From Candidatus Collierbacteria bacterium UBA2277 (lineage in GTDB: Bacteria; Patescibacteriota; Microgenomatia; UBA1400; MFAQ01), in assembly GCA_002347045.1 (NCBI GenBank), contig DDWV01000001.1, positions 223,381 through 287,380 on the forward strand: 64,000 bases of DNA, given 5' to 3'. The position numbers and the translations under genes were made by a program. This document shows, in pieces, positions 18,496 through 27,405 of the stretch. The notes under the pieces were generated by a model that ran no database searches, was not told where the DNA came from, and saw only the letters and a list, made by a program, of their open reading frames with translations. Every line of letters begins with the position of its first letter. Positions within the stretch are counted from its first letter, which is position 1.

Positions 18496-21459
18496 TTAGT
18501 TTGATCTTACAATTTTTAGATCGTCCCCTTTTGTCAGCTTTGACACTAGAGCTTTTCGCTTTATTTCATCTTCAAACTTTTTGGGCCAGTCTGAAAGCAC
18601 GACTTCAACCTTTTCGTCTAATCTACACCCAGCATCTTTTCGGGCACCTTGTATGTTTCTGACTACTTCACGAACCTTTCCTTTTTGGATAAGATCGTCA
18701 GTCAGGTTTGTGTTTAGTTCGATTGCGTACTGTTTTGAGTCTATAAATACGACAGACTCAATATTAAGTTCTTCTTTAATCAATTGAATTAATCCCTGGG
18801 ACTGGAACAAATCTGACTTAGGAGAATTTATCGTAATATCTGACAGAGGTTGTTTAACAGGAATGTTTTGAGTCTTTCTTATAGAGTGACCTGTTTCACA
18901 TATTTTCCTCACTTCTGCCATAAGGCTGATTAATTTCTTATCATCGTCGGTAACTAGATTTACCTCTGGCCAGTCAGCTAGGTTTACCGACTGATTTCCT
19001 GTGATGTTGGTATAGATCATTTCAGACATGTATGGTGTAAACGGCATAAGCACTCGTGAAAGGGTATCCAAGACTTCATAAAAAGTGTTGTTACAGTTTT
19101 CCTTGTCTTCCCCAGTCTCGGCACTTGGACCAACTCTATCTCTGGATCTTCGGATGTACCAAAGTGAAAAATCTTGAACAAAAGACTCAATCGAGTTTGT
19201 CGCTGAAAAAGCATCAAAGACTTCAAGTTTTTTTGTAGTTTCAAGAACAGTTTCTTTGAGTCTGGCTAAAACCCACTTATCCAGCACATTTTCTGACTGC
19301 TTGGGATTGTCTCTTGGTTGCCAGTTTTCCAGAGCAGCAAAGTTTGCAAAGTACCTGTATGAATTCCAGATGATCATATTGAACTGACGCTTAACTTCCC
19401 CAACTGTATTGTATCCAAATAATAAGTTTCTTTCGGGATTATGCCTCAGGAAAGTCCACCTCATAGCATCAACTCCCATCTTGTCTGCACCTTCGTTGAA
19501 CTCGACAGAATTTCCTGTAGATTTGTGCATCGGACGGCCATCTTCTCCAACGACTGTAGCGAATCCAAGAACAGACTTAAATGGGGTTGTGTCTTCGAGA
19601 ACTGTACTCATGGCTATTAGCGCATAGAACCAGTTTTTAAACTGACCAGGGAAAGACTCAGTTATAAAATCAGCCGGAAACCATTCCTTCCAGGATTCTT
19701 TATCACCTGTGTAGCTAACTTTTCCAGTTTTAGGATCCGTGAGTGTTGAAAAGGGAACGATTCCTGCGTCAAGCCAAGGATTGCCTACGTCTGGAATGCG
19801 ATGCATTAGACCTCCACAAGAGCATTTTATGGTTACTTCGTCTATAAAAGGCTTGTGTGGAGTATGGCCTTCAAACTTGTCCCAACCTGAGGAAGCTCTT
19901 TTCTTTAGCTCTTCTTGGCTACCAATTACGTCAAAACTGTCACAGTCTTCACATACCCAGATAGGCAAAGCTAGGCCCCAGTATCTATTTTTCTTACTTA
20001 TTAGCCAATCGTGCATGTTGTTAAGCCAATCAATCTCTCTTTCGAGTCCGAACTCTGGTTTCCAAGTTATTTCTTTGGCTACGTCTATCATCTTCTGACG
20101 AAGAGTTCTGCCCTTTTCATCTTGAGGATCAACTTTGTCCATGGCTATGTACCATTCGTCGGCTACTTTCCAGACAAGTTCTGTCTTGCAACGCCAGCAA
20201 GCAGGGTATCGATGAGTGTAGTTTTCTACTCGAAAAAGCCAGTTTTCGCCCTTGGCTTCTCTCTCGGCAAGGTAATCAAGGATAATCTCAGGATGTTTTT
20301 TTGCGTTTTGACCTGAGAGGAATCCTAAGTTGGGAAGATAATCTGCATTGTCTCCTATGATTGGAATCATAGGAAGTCCAAGTTTTCGTCCAAGCAAAAA
20401 ATCTTCGGTACCGGCACTGGTCGCGGTATGCACCATACCAGTTCCTTCCGTATTGCTTATTGGCAAAATAAAAGTATCGGTAGCTACAACAACGTGGAAT
20501 TTATCTTGATTCAATTTGGCAACCTCAGCCACAGCGGGAAGAGTGTCGAATGGAGTTGTGTAGTGAAGACCAACGATCTCTGAGCCTAGAGACGTCTTAA
20601 CAATTTTTTTGTAACCATCCTTAAAAACAGAGTCTACAAGTGCTTTCAATACCCAAAAACTATCTCCGCTATTACCTTCAACGAGAGCATATTCTTGCGT
20701 GGCATCCACAGATACGGCGATATTGGCAGGAATAGTCCAAGGAGTTGTTGTCCAGATAATTAAATACTCATTATTTTTATCTACAATAGGTAGCGAAAGA
20801 TAAATTGATTTATGAGTAAGCTCTTTATAGTCTTCGGTAAGCATTTCGTGTTGAGATATTGCAGTTTCACAACGAGGACACCATGGAACGGCATCGTGCC
20901 CTTTGTAAATCCAGCCTTTCTGCCAACAAATTTGAAGAAAGTTCCAGATTGAGTAGTTGTTAGTTTCGGACATGGTGAAGTAAGAGTTATCCCAGTCCAT
21001 AAAATAACCAAGTCTTTTGCTTTGATCAGTTTGAATTTTTGAGTACTTAAGAACTCTTTGCTTACAGAGTTCTACGAATTTGTCTACTCCAAAGGATTCA
21101 ATGTCTTTTTTGGTGCGAAAGCCAAGCTCCTTTTCTACTTCTACTTCTACCCACAAACCCTGACAGTCGAAACCATTTTGAAACCTTTGCTTGAATCCAC
21201 GCATATTGTTGAACCTTTGCCAAAGATCTTTATATGTTCTTCCCCAGGCGTGATGAACTCCCATGGGATTATTTGCTGTGATTGGGCCGTCTAGAAAGGA
21301 AAATTTTTTGTCTGAGTCATTATTTTTACTTAGATATTTTTCTAGTGTTCCGTCTGAGTACCACTTTTCTATAAGTTCTTTTTCCATCAAAGAAAAATCT
21401 GGGGATGACTCCACCTCTTTTATCTTATGTGTTTTTGTGTTTTTCATATTATTGTTCAA
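18496..21459 (-). CDS. ileS: Isoleucyl-tRNA synthetase (type 2-like)
   Basis: Class I aaRS 'NGFDCQGLWVEVEVEK', IleRS-specific 'YPACWRCKTELVWK' and a KMSKS-like 'KMHKSTGN'. 987 aa. The ORF begins at TTG, and an in-frame ATG 12 nt downstream is an alternative start. Confidence 0.8.
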   Translation of the reverse strand: MNNNMKNTKTHKIKEVESSPDFSLMEKELIEKWYSDGTLEKYLSKNNDSDKKFSFLDGPITANNPMGVHHAWGRTYKDLWQRFNNMRGFKQRFQNGFDCQGLWVEVEVEKELGFRTKKDIESFGVDKFVELCKQRVLKYSKIQTDQSKRLGYFMDWDNSYFTMSETNNYSIWNFLQICWQKGWIYKGHDAVPWCPRCETAISQHEMLTEDYKELTHKSIYLSLPIVDKNNEYLIIWTTTPWTIPANIAVSVDATQEYALVEGNSGDSFWVLKALVDSVFKDGYKKIVKTSLGSEIVGLHYTTPFDTLPAVAEVAKLNQDKFHVVVATDTFILPISNTEGTGMVHTATSAGTEDFLLGRKLGLPMIPIIGDNADYLPNLGFLSGQNAKKHPEIILDYLAEREAKGENWLFRVENYTHRYPACWRCKTELVWKVADEWYIAMDKVDPQDEKGRTLRQKMIDVAKEITWKPEFGLEREIDWLNNMHDWLISKKNRYWGLALPIWVCEDCDSFDVIGSQEELKKRASSGWDKFEGHTPHKPFIDEVTIKCSCGGLMHRIPDVGNPWLDAGIVPFSTLTDPKTGKVSYTGDKESWKEWFPADFITESFPGQFKNWFYALIAMSTVLEDTTPFKSVLGFATVVGEDGRPMHKSTGNSVEFNEGADKMGVDAMRWTFLRHNPERNLLFGYNTVGEVKRQFNMIIWNSYRYFANFAALENWQPRDNPKQSENVLDKWVLARLKETVLETTKKLEVFDAFSATNSIESFVQDFSLWYIRRSRDRVGPSAETGEDKENCNNTFYEVLDTLSRVLMPFTPYMSEMIYTNITGNQSVNLADWPEVNLVTDDDKKLISLMAEVRKICETGHSIRKTQNIPVKQPLSDITINSPKSDLFQSQGLIQLIKEELNIESVVFIDSKQYAIELNTNLTDDLIQKGKVREVVRNIQGARKDAGCRLDEKVEVVLSDWPKKFEDEIKRKALVSKLTKGDDLKIVRSN

Positions 21460-21641
21460 AAAAATCCTGCCTTGAGTGATCTCATACAGGATTAGAGTCC
21501 TTTGACTAGCTTAGGACGGTACCATCTAATTTTTTACTTGATTTTAGCTGTTACGGGCCACCCGGAAAGGTCTACTTTATTCTTCTTTCAGCTTGCTGGG
21601 TGATTGCCCAACTCAGACGCCTTTGTTGGTTAATTATAGCA
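21460..21641 (-). promoter_or_regulatory. Candidate T-box riboswitch leader of ileS: extended -10 promoter, AUC specifier candidate, T-box motif, intrinsic terminator
   Basis: Minus-strand TGCTATAAT (21633-21641). GGGCAATCACCC with AUC-A (21598-21609). AATTAGATGGTACCGTCC (21514-21531), which matches the T-box consensus AATTAGGGTGGTACCGCG at 14 of 16 positions once a single-base gap is allowed. Hairpin AATCCTG-TATGAGATCACTCAAGG-CAGGATT plus a U-tract (21458-21493) abuts the start codon. Confidence 0.45.
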
Positions 21642-21733
21642 TTGACTGGAAAGGTGTTTTTAGTTGAAATATTGAAACTTATAATATAAGATACTACCGT
21701 TCGTTAAAATTCTATTCAAAGGAGAAATAGGAT

Positions 21734-23278
21734 ATGAAAAAGGGAACATGGATTATTCTCATATTTGTTATAGTAGTAGTTTTAATTGTCTTTGGTCCAG
21801 GATGGACACTATCTAGTATTGCCAACAGCGTTTTCAATATTGACCCAGTAGCTTGGCTTCTGGGAACCATCGCTTTAGCATGCCTCGCCCTTTCATCATT
21901 AGTAAGCGATTCGGGAAATGATGGAGCAGGAAGATTATTTTTAGCTTTTATTGTTTTTGGTTTCGCCTGGTTGCTTTGGTTTATCTTCCAAGGTCCAATC
22001 ATGCTGAACAGCCTTTACAAAAACACTGGCTATATTGAGTCAGACTTGATCTCGCAAAACAACATCCGTGACGTGCCTTACACGGTTGCTATCACAAACA
22101 TCACTGGGACAAATCCAGAGTCGCGTACTGGTCCTGGTGACCTGGATTTTGTTGAAGGGGTATGGATTAGCTCAATCGACCCCAAAGGCGTATGGAACGC
22201 AATTTCTATGCCTACCCAAGGATTTTTTCTGTATGACCCCAGAAGTAAAGACAAGGTCGTAACCATTTCGCAGGAGATGCCTTACGCTGAAGGAGGGTTG
22301 TTTTTTAACTCGTCGACATATTTCGTTCGCAGCAAGAAATTTTTTGCTGAGTTTACAGAGATTCTTTATGTCCGAGTTAATGATACGGATGAGGTTGTTG
22401 GAGTCATGTCTCTTATCAAGAGACGGGGAATTTCTCGATGGCCATATGTGGCCAACGTGCTGGTTGTCCATGGGGACGGTCAGTATGAGATGCTTTCTGT
22501 TATTCAAGCAGAAGCTGATCCTCGACTTGTCAACATTGCACTCAAACCTGAGTGGTTGGTAAAAAAAGAAGTAGAGGCGTATGGGTATCGGTATGGAGTG
22601 ATCAAGGGAGTTTTTTCAAAAACTGGACGAATTCAAATCCAGAAAAGCTCGGTAAATGACGAAAACTCTCCACCATTTCACCTGAATACTCCTAATGGAT
22701 ATTTTTGGTATGCTCCTTTTTCACCACTGAGAAGCGAAAGTTTAACAGGCATTGCTATGACTTCGAGCCACGATGTTGATGGCCCTGTCTATGTGTGGAC
22801 CCTGCCCAAAGGGCAAGCCTATGTCGGCTCTGATTTCATGGTAGCCACCATTGAAGGGAAACACAAACAATATGCTTGGTATAGAGAAACAGAGGACTCA
22901 AAGTGCGGCAACATGACCGTGCTTGAGATGGTCCCTGTAGTCAAGAGTGAAAATGGGGAAAACAAATTGTATTTCTTGGGGTACGTTTCAACTGCCCCTA
23001 AGTCGGTTGATGTCTTGTTTTATACAATCATAGACCCTGAGACTGGCGTGGTATATGAAGATCTGCAAACAGCAGATCAAGTAAACTTCTGGCTTCAGAA
23101 CGGTGAGTACGACCTGATGCCGATTGGTGAGTATGAGATGACCCAGCCTGCAGTTGGGACTCCAGAAGTCTCTTGCGTTGAAGTTTCTTCGGAAGGACTT
23201 GAGGAAAAAGATACTCAAGATTTAATGGAAATCATCTTCAAGGTAATTTATGAGCTCGGGAGACGAGCTGACAAATAG
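21734..23278 (+). CDS. Hypothetical membrane-anchored protein (3 N-terminal TM helices plus about 400-aa extracytoplasmic domain)
   Basis: Strong SD AAAGGAGAAATAGGATATG. No recognisable family. A terminator lies 11 nt downstream. Confidence 0.5.
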   Translation: MKKGTWIILIFVIVVVLIVFGPGWTLSSIANSVFNIDPVAWLLGTIALACLALSSLVSDSGNDGAGRLFLAFIVFGFAWLLWFIFQGPIMLNSLYKNTGYIESDLISQNNIRDVPYTVAITNITGTNPESRTGPGDLDFVEGVWISSIDPKGVWNAISMPTQGFFLYDPRSKDKVVTISQEMPYAEGGLFFNSSTYFVRSKKFFAEFTEILYVRVNDTDEVVGVMSLIKRRGISRWPYVANVLVVHGDGQYEMLSVIQAEADPRLVNIALKPEWLVKKEVEAYGYRYGVIKGVFSKTGRIQIQKSSVNDENSPPFHLNTPNGYFWYAPFSPLRSESLTGIAMTSSHDVDGPVYVWTLPKGQAYVGSDFMVATIEGKHKQYAWYRETEDSKCGNMTVLEMVPVVKSENGENKLYFLGYVSTAPKSVDVLFYTIIDPETGVVYEDLQTADQVNFWLQNGEYDLMPIGEYEMTQPAVGTPEVSCVEVSSEGLEEKDTQDLMEIIFKVIYELGRRADK

Positions 23279-23288
23279 TATCTTGTAT

Positions 23289-23315
23289 GGGTACCCGAAA
23301 GGGTGCCCTTTTTTT
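23289..23315 (+). terminator. Intrinsic terminator
   Basis: GGGTACCC-GAAA-GGGTGCCC followed by TTTTTTT. Confidence 0.65.
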
Positions 23316-23325
23316 GACTCATAGG

Positions 23326-24045
23326 CTACGGATATATTCCCGTGAGAGTTGTTTCTCCCAGAATGTGCCTCTGAACTATCTGTTCGAGTTCATCTGCGGT
23401 AGCCTCTGAGGGTAACGTAAGGGTGGTGTCTAGGGCATAGAGATTAAATATGTATCGATGCTGACCAGACGTAGGACAAGGATTAAAGTAATGATTTTGC
23501 CCTGCACTGTTCTGCCCTTCAATGGCTTCAGTAGGAACGTTGTTTTCTAGAATACTTTCTGTTTTGGGAGATATGTTCCATATTAGCCAGTGAATAAAGG
23601 TAGCATTGGGTGCGTCTGGATCTCTTAGTGCTAAAACCAACGACTGAGTTCCTTCTGGAACTTCGTGGATCTCTAATGGTGGACTAATACCTTCGCCATT
23701 ACAGGTATATTTTTCAGGTAGTTTTTGATTATTTGTAAATTTTGGACTTGTAAGTTTCATTCTCGACACTTGGTTACTACTCTTTATCGATTTTGCCAGT
23801 ACTAGAGCTACAAATATGGCTACTCCAGAAATTAGGGTTGTAAATATTAATATTTTTCTTCTCACTGGATTTAGTATATATCTTTTGTTCGATATGTTAC
23901 AGTTAGGTTCAATTACACTATTGACAATGTGTGCAGAATTGTGTAAATTGTAATTAATCCCACAAAAAGAGATGTAGGGATAAGTTACAAAAGTAATGAA
24001 CTCTCTAGTCACTTTTGGTACACCGCACTTTTTAAGTGGTAGCAC
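23326..24045 (-). CDS. PEBP family protein (YbhB/YbcL-like), membrane anchored; true start probably downstream of the annotated M
   Basis: 'DPDAP...FIHWLIWNI...NPCPTSGQHRYIFNLYALD' PEBP signature and an N-terminal TM segment. Confidence 0.7.
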   Translation of the reverse strand: MLPLKKCGVPKVTREFITFVTYPYISFCGINYNLHNSAHIVNSVIEPNCNISNKRYILNPVRRKILIFTTLISGVAIFVALVLAKSIKSSNQVSRMKLTSPKFTNNQKLPEKYTCNGEGISPPLEIHEVPEGTQSLVLALRDPDAPNATFIHWLIWNISPKTESILENNVPTEAIEGQNSAGQNHYFNPCPTSGQHRYIFNLYALDTTLTLPSEATADELEQIVQRHILGETTLTGIYP

Positions 24046-24177
24046 AGCCTAGGGATCCTGTCCCACTCTGGGGTACGTGTGCTACGTATCAGTAGAAACC
24101 GGAATGTAAGTAACCGACCTGATTCTTAGCTTAAGATATCGAGGCTTCAGGTTCATGATATTCGGTGTAAATCAGAG

Positions 24178-24216
24178 AAAAAGCCACCTGTCCTTACGAG
24201 CAGATGGCTTTTTTTT
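24178..24216 (-). terminator. Intrinsic terminator downstream of the VanW-like gene (hairpin also followed by a T-run on the plus strand)
   Basis: GCCACCTG-TCCTTACGAG-CAGATGGC stem with one mismatch, flanked by A5 on one side and T8 on the other. Confidence 0.55.
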
Positions 24217-24219
24217 GGA

Positions 24220-24873
24220 TTAGGCAAGCGATATTACTGATACAGACAGATCTCCATCTTGATAAACAAACACAAACTTTACCGGAGTGTCTTGGTTGTT
24301 CTTGATGTATAGATTTTTTTGTGCACCTACTGCGCTGTTATTTGGCATGTAGTAGATAGACACTCCATACTCTTTTGGGATCTCAGGGATGACGGCGAAG
24401 TTGTGATTTGAAGGCACTACTACATCAAGCTTTGCATCTTGAGCAGCCCAGTTTATAAGTGAAGCAAGGTGGCAAACACCGTCTCCATATAGATAGCCAC
24501 TAGACCTAAATCCATCTTGACTATTAAAATGAGCCTCTGTAGTCTTGACTACCAGCCCTTCATACTCAGGAAAAACAGCATCGTGATAAGCAAATACCTC
24601 GTTTGGTTGTAAGACGAACTCTGTTTTGAATGACTTCGTGATTTCGGTCCAGTTGATATCACTTGCATTGCCAACACGCCCATCAAGATAGGCTAGGTTT
24701 AACAAAATGTTGTCTTTGAAAACTTCACTTACACTAGCTACAGGATATCGGTTGTTAAGAGACATCTCTCGACTTGAGATAACAGTCTCTCTTACAGGAA
24801 TGATATTATTAGCCACATTAAGTCCGCCAGGAAAAAGCGCAAAATAGAATCCAATGATTAAATTTTTTATCAT
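24220..24873 (-). CDS. VanW-like domain protein, secreted
   Basis: Signal-peptide-like N-terminus and VanW core motif 'GDGVCHLASLINWAAQ' (compare GGGVCQVSTTLYNA). Confidence 0.55.
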   Translation of the reverse strand: MIKNLIIGFYFALFPGGLNVANNIIPVRETVISSREMSLNNRYPVASVSEVFKDNILLNLAYLDGRVGNASDINWTEITKSFKTEFVLQPNEVFAYHDAVFPEYEGLVVKTTEAHFNSQDGFRSSGYLYGDGVCHLASLINWAAQDAKLDVVVPSNHNFAVIPEIPKEYGVSIYYMPNNSAVGAQKNLYIKNNQDTPVKFVFVYQDGDLSVSVISLA

Positions 24874-24979
24874 AAGGCGCGTATTATATACTATTATAGG
24901 TCTAATGTCAATCTGAAAGTAAGCGAAAATTGTCCAAAAGTAGTACTATTATTTAGTTAGTATTTAATAAAAAAATAAT

Positions 24980-25369
24980 ATGACTGGGTTCCATACAAAC
25001 ATTGAGGCAGAAACACTTAGCAACACTAATTTTAGAAAAGTTCTTTATACTGGCCCTCACAGCCAGTTGGTTCTGATGACTCTCCAACCTGGTGAAGATA
25101 TAGGTATGGAAGTCCACGGAAATGTAGATCAATTTTTCCGATTTGAGGACGGTGAAGGAAAAGCAATATTGGATGGTGAAGAAATTGTGTTTAAGGCGGA
25201 TGATGCACTAGTAGTGCCTGCGGGAACGAATCACAATATCATAAACACTTCGACCACAGAGCCGTTGAAGCTATACACTGTTTACTCTCCAGCAAATCAC
25301 CCAGACGGAACAATTCATGTGACACGAGAGGAAGCAATGGAGGCAGAGGAAGCCGAACACCACCAATAA
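24980..25369 (+). CDS. Cupin domain protein
   Basis: 'GMEVHGNVDQFFRFEDGEG...VVPAGTNHNIINTS' cupin-2 metal-binding motifs. Confidence 0.7.
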   Translation: MTGFHTNIEAETLSNTNFRKVLYTGPHSQLVLMTLQPGEDIGMEVHGNVDQFFRFEDGEGKAILDGEEIVFKADDALVVPAGTNHNIINTSTTEPLKLYTVYSPANHPDGTIHVTREEAMEAEEAEHHQ

Positions 25370-25371
25370 AT

Positions 25372-25845
25372 ATGAAAAAACTTAATTTTGGGAAGTTATT
25401 TATTTCAATCTCTATCCCCCTAATGGCTGGTTTTTTAGGTTCTTTCTTTACCTCTTCGAGTGTAAAAACATGGTATCTAATCATCAATAAACCCTCATGG
25501 AATCCACCATCTTGGGTGTTTGCGCCAGTTTGGACAACGTTGTTTATCATGATGGGGATATCTTTGTACCTTGTCTGGTCAAGAAAAATTGACAACAAAT
25601 CTCGAGTGGCTTTTAAGATGTTTGCCGTTCAGATGGTTTTGAATGTTTTGTGGTCTGTTTTCTTCTTTGGCATGGGTAATTTCTGGTTGGCTTTTGGAGA
25701 GATACTGGTCTTGTGGGCCTTTATCTTGGCCACCATAGTGTCATTTGCAAAAATAAACAAAACAGCAGCTTGGCTATTAGTGCCGTATATTTTATGGGTA
25801 AGTTTTGCTACCTACTTAAACCTTACAATCGCACTTCTAAACTAG
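25372..25845 (+). CDS. tspO: TspO/MBR family tryptophan-rich sensory protein
   Basis: 'KPSWNPPSWVFAPVWTTLFIMMGIS' and 5 TM helices. It starts 2 nt after the cupin stop. Confidence 0.8.
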   Translation: MKKLNFGKLFISISIPLMAGFLGSFFTSSSVKTWYLIINKPSWNPPSWVFAPVWTTLFIMMGISLYLVWSRKIDNKSRVAFKMFAVQMVLNVLWSVFFFGMGNFWLAFGEILVLWAFILATIVSFAKINKTAAWLLVPYILWVSFATYLNLTIALLN

Positions 25846-27093
25846 GTTTTTTATCTGACCAAAACCAATGCGGTCATGAACATGATTACCTGTGTTTGCC
25901 ATAATCGCAGGTGAGATAACAAAATTTCCCCACCTGTCATTGATGTCATCAATAGCAGATATCAATTTTTCTTTTTGAAGACTGTTGGAGAATAAGTCCA
26001 GCTGGAGAGAAGAACGTTTGGTTAGATTAAAACACGATACGGCTAGATTCCGAACCGGAAGTTTGTAAGGTGAGTGACGCAGAATGTGGTGTGCTGCCTT
26101 GTAAATATCTTGACTGTCAAAAATAGGCTGATAAAAGGTACGACCTTTGTGAAAAAACTGATGATTTCGATAGAGAATTCCCAAATGAACTCCTTTGGCT
26201 TGAAAGTCTGCATGACGCATGCGGAAGCCGACCTTTTCAACTAATTTACTGAGAATAGGAGCTAGATCATCTGGACTAACTAAAAATTTTGGTAAGGAGT
26301 ATGAGTGGCCAAAACTTTTCGTCTCAAAATCGATGTCATCTATCTCCCAACCACGAAGACGAAGAAACCAGTAGTAACCATGGACTGAGTGGAAAGCGGA
26401 ACGAAGTAAGGGGATATCGGCGTAAAAAAAATCTAGGACGGTGTAAATCCCGACACAATTTAGACGAGCAGCATTTTGATGATTGATACCTGTAAGATCT
26501 GTAAGGCTTAACTGTCTAAAAATATCTAAGTAATTGCTTTGATTAATTTCGTCTAAACCATCCGGCTTGTGAAGATTAGAGGCGGTTTTAGCTAGGAAAC
26601 GATTTGGTCCTATACCGATAGAGACAGAAAGATAATCTCCTATTTCTTCTTTAATTCTGAGCTTTATTTCCTTAGAAACAGAAATTAGGCCCTTTTGAAA
26701 GGCAGGCGTGCCTGAAAAGTCCAGAACAAATTCATCTATAGACTTGGGAACAACTCTAGGGGTGTAATTTGTGAGAAGATTTTTAAGTCTCAGATGAATA
26801 GCTCTGTACTTGTCTGAGTCAGGAGTGCGAACGATAAGATTGGGACACAAAAGAAGAGCGTCCTTGATACGCATACCGACCTTAACACCAACAAGCTTGG
26901 CTTCTGTCGAGGCAGCGACTATGCAGCCGTTGGGAGTGTCGTAGGCAGCCACAGCAAGAGGTTTATAACGCAGGAATGGATTTGCTTGCTGTTCTACCGA
27001 AGCAAAACAAGAATTAAGATCGATATGCAATACCGTGCTTGGAGCACGATTGAAGCCGAGGCTAATTGGCGAGTCCATCAGAGATTTCTTCAA
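25837..27093 (-). CDS. Y-family translesion DNA polymerase (DinB/ImuB-like)
   Basis: 'VLHIDLNSCFASVEQQANPFLRYKPLAVA...NGCIVAASTEAK' palm motifs. The likely true start is the ATG at 27078. Confidence 0.8.
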   Translation of the reverse strand: MKKSLMDSPISLGFNRAPSTVLHIDLNSCFASVEQQANPFLRYKPLAVAAYDTPNGCIVAASTEAKLVGVKVGMRIKDALLLCPNLIVRTPDSDKYRAIHLRLKNLLTNYTPRVVPKSIDEFVLDFSGTPAFQKGLISVSKEIKLRIKEEIGDYLSVSIGIGPNRFLAKTASNLHKPDGLDEINQSNYLDIFRQLSLTDLTGINHQNAARLNCVGIYTVLDFFYADIPLLRSAFHSVHGYYWFLRLRGWEIDDIDFETKSFGHSYSLPKFLVSPDDLAPILSKLVEKVGFRMRHADFQAKGVHLGILYRNHQFFHKGRTFYQPIFDSQDIYKAAHHILRHSPYKLPVRNLAVSCFNLTKRSSLQLDLFSNSLQKEKLISAIDDINDRWGNFVISPAIMANTGNHVHDRIGFGQIKNLV

Positions 27094-27322
27094 GTGTCCA
27101 AAATAATGTATCGGTGTCTAACTTGAGACGAAAAAATAGATTCTTGGATGTGACGGAAAATATATGGAAAAGGGTACGGCCTTCACGAATAGTGTGATGC
27201 ATGCCAACTTTGGATATCCGAACCACTTGACCATCCCAAAAAATTTGACGGGGACTAACAGTGTGTTGCCTGTGGTCGTAGACTAACTGAACAGAGACTG
27301 GAGCAGATATTTTTTGAATCAT
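27062..27322 (-). CDS. Small hypothetical protein (86 aa) overlapping and probably co-transcribed with the Y-family polymerase
   Basis: ORF sits immediately downstream of a promoter plus LexA-box-like element. It overlaps the polymerase gene 5' end. No SD. Confidence 0.4.
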   Translation of the reverse strand: MIQKISAPVSVQLVYDHRQHTVSPRQIFWDGQVVRISKVGMHHTIREGRTLFHIFSVTSKNLFFRLKLDTDTLFWTLEEISDGLAN

Positions 27323-27338
27323 ATACCCGAAGAATTAA

Positions 27339-27400
27339 CGAACATATCTTCATTAAACCAAAAATTACCCGAACGGTCAAGGGCCAGTATCTTTGCTACA
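27339..27400 (-). promoter_or_regulatory. Sigma70-like promoter (TTGACC-N17-TTTAAT) with overlapping LexA/Cheo-box-like operator
   Basis: Minus-strand read CCCTTGACCGTTCGGGTAATTTTTGGTTTAATGAAGATATGTTCGTT. TGAAGATATGTTCG matches the Gram-positive SOS box CGAACATATGTTCG at 12 of 14 positions. Confidence 0.4.
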
Positions 27401-27405
27401 AAAAC

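Noticed and set aside
25239-25598. 119-aa minus-strand ORF spanning the cupin-TspO junction
   Set aside because: It lies antisense to two well-supported, tightly linked plus-strand genes.
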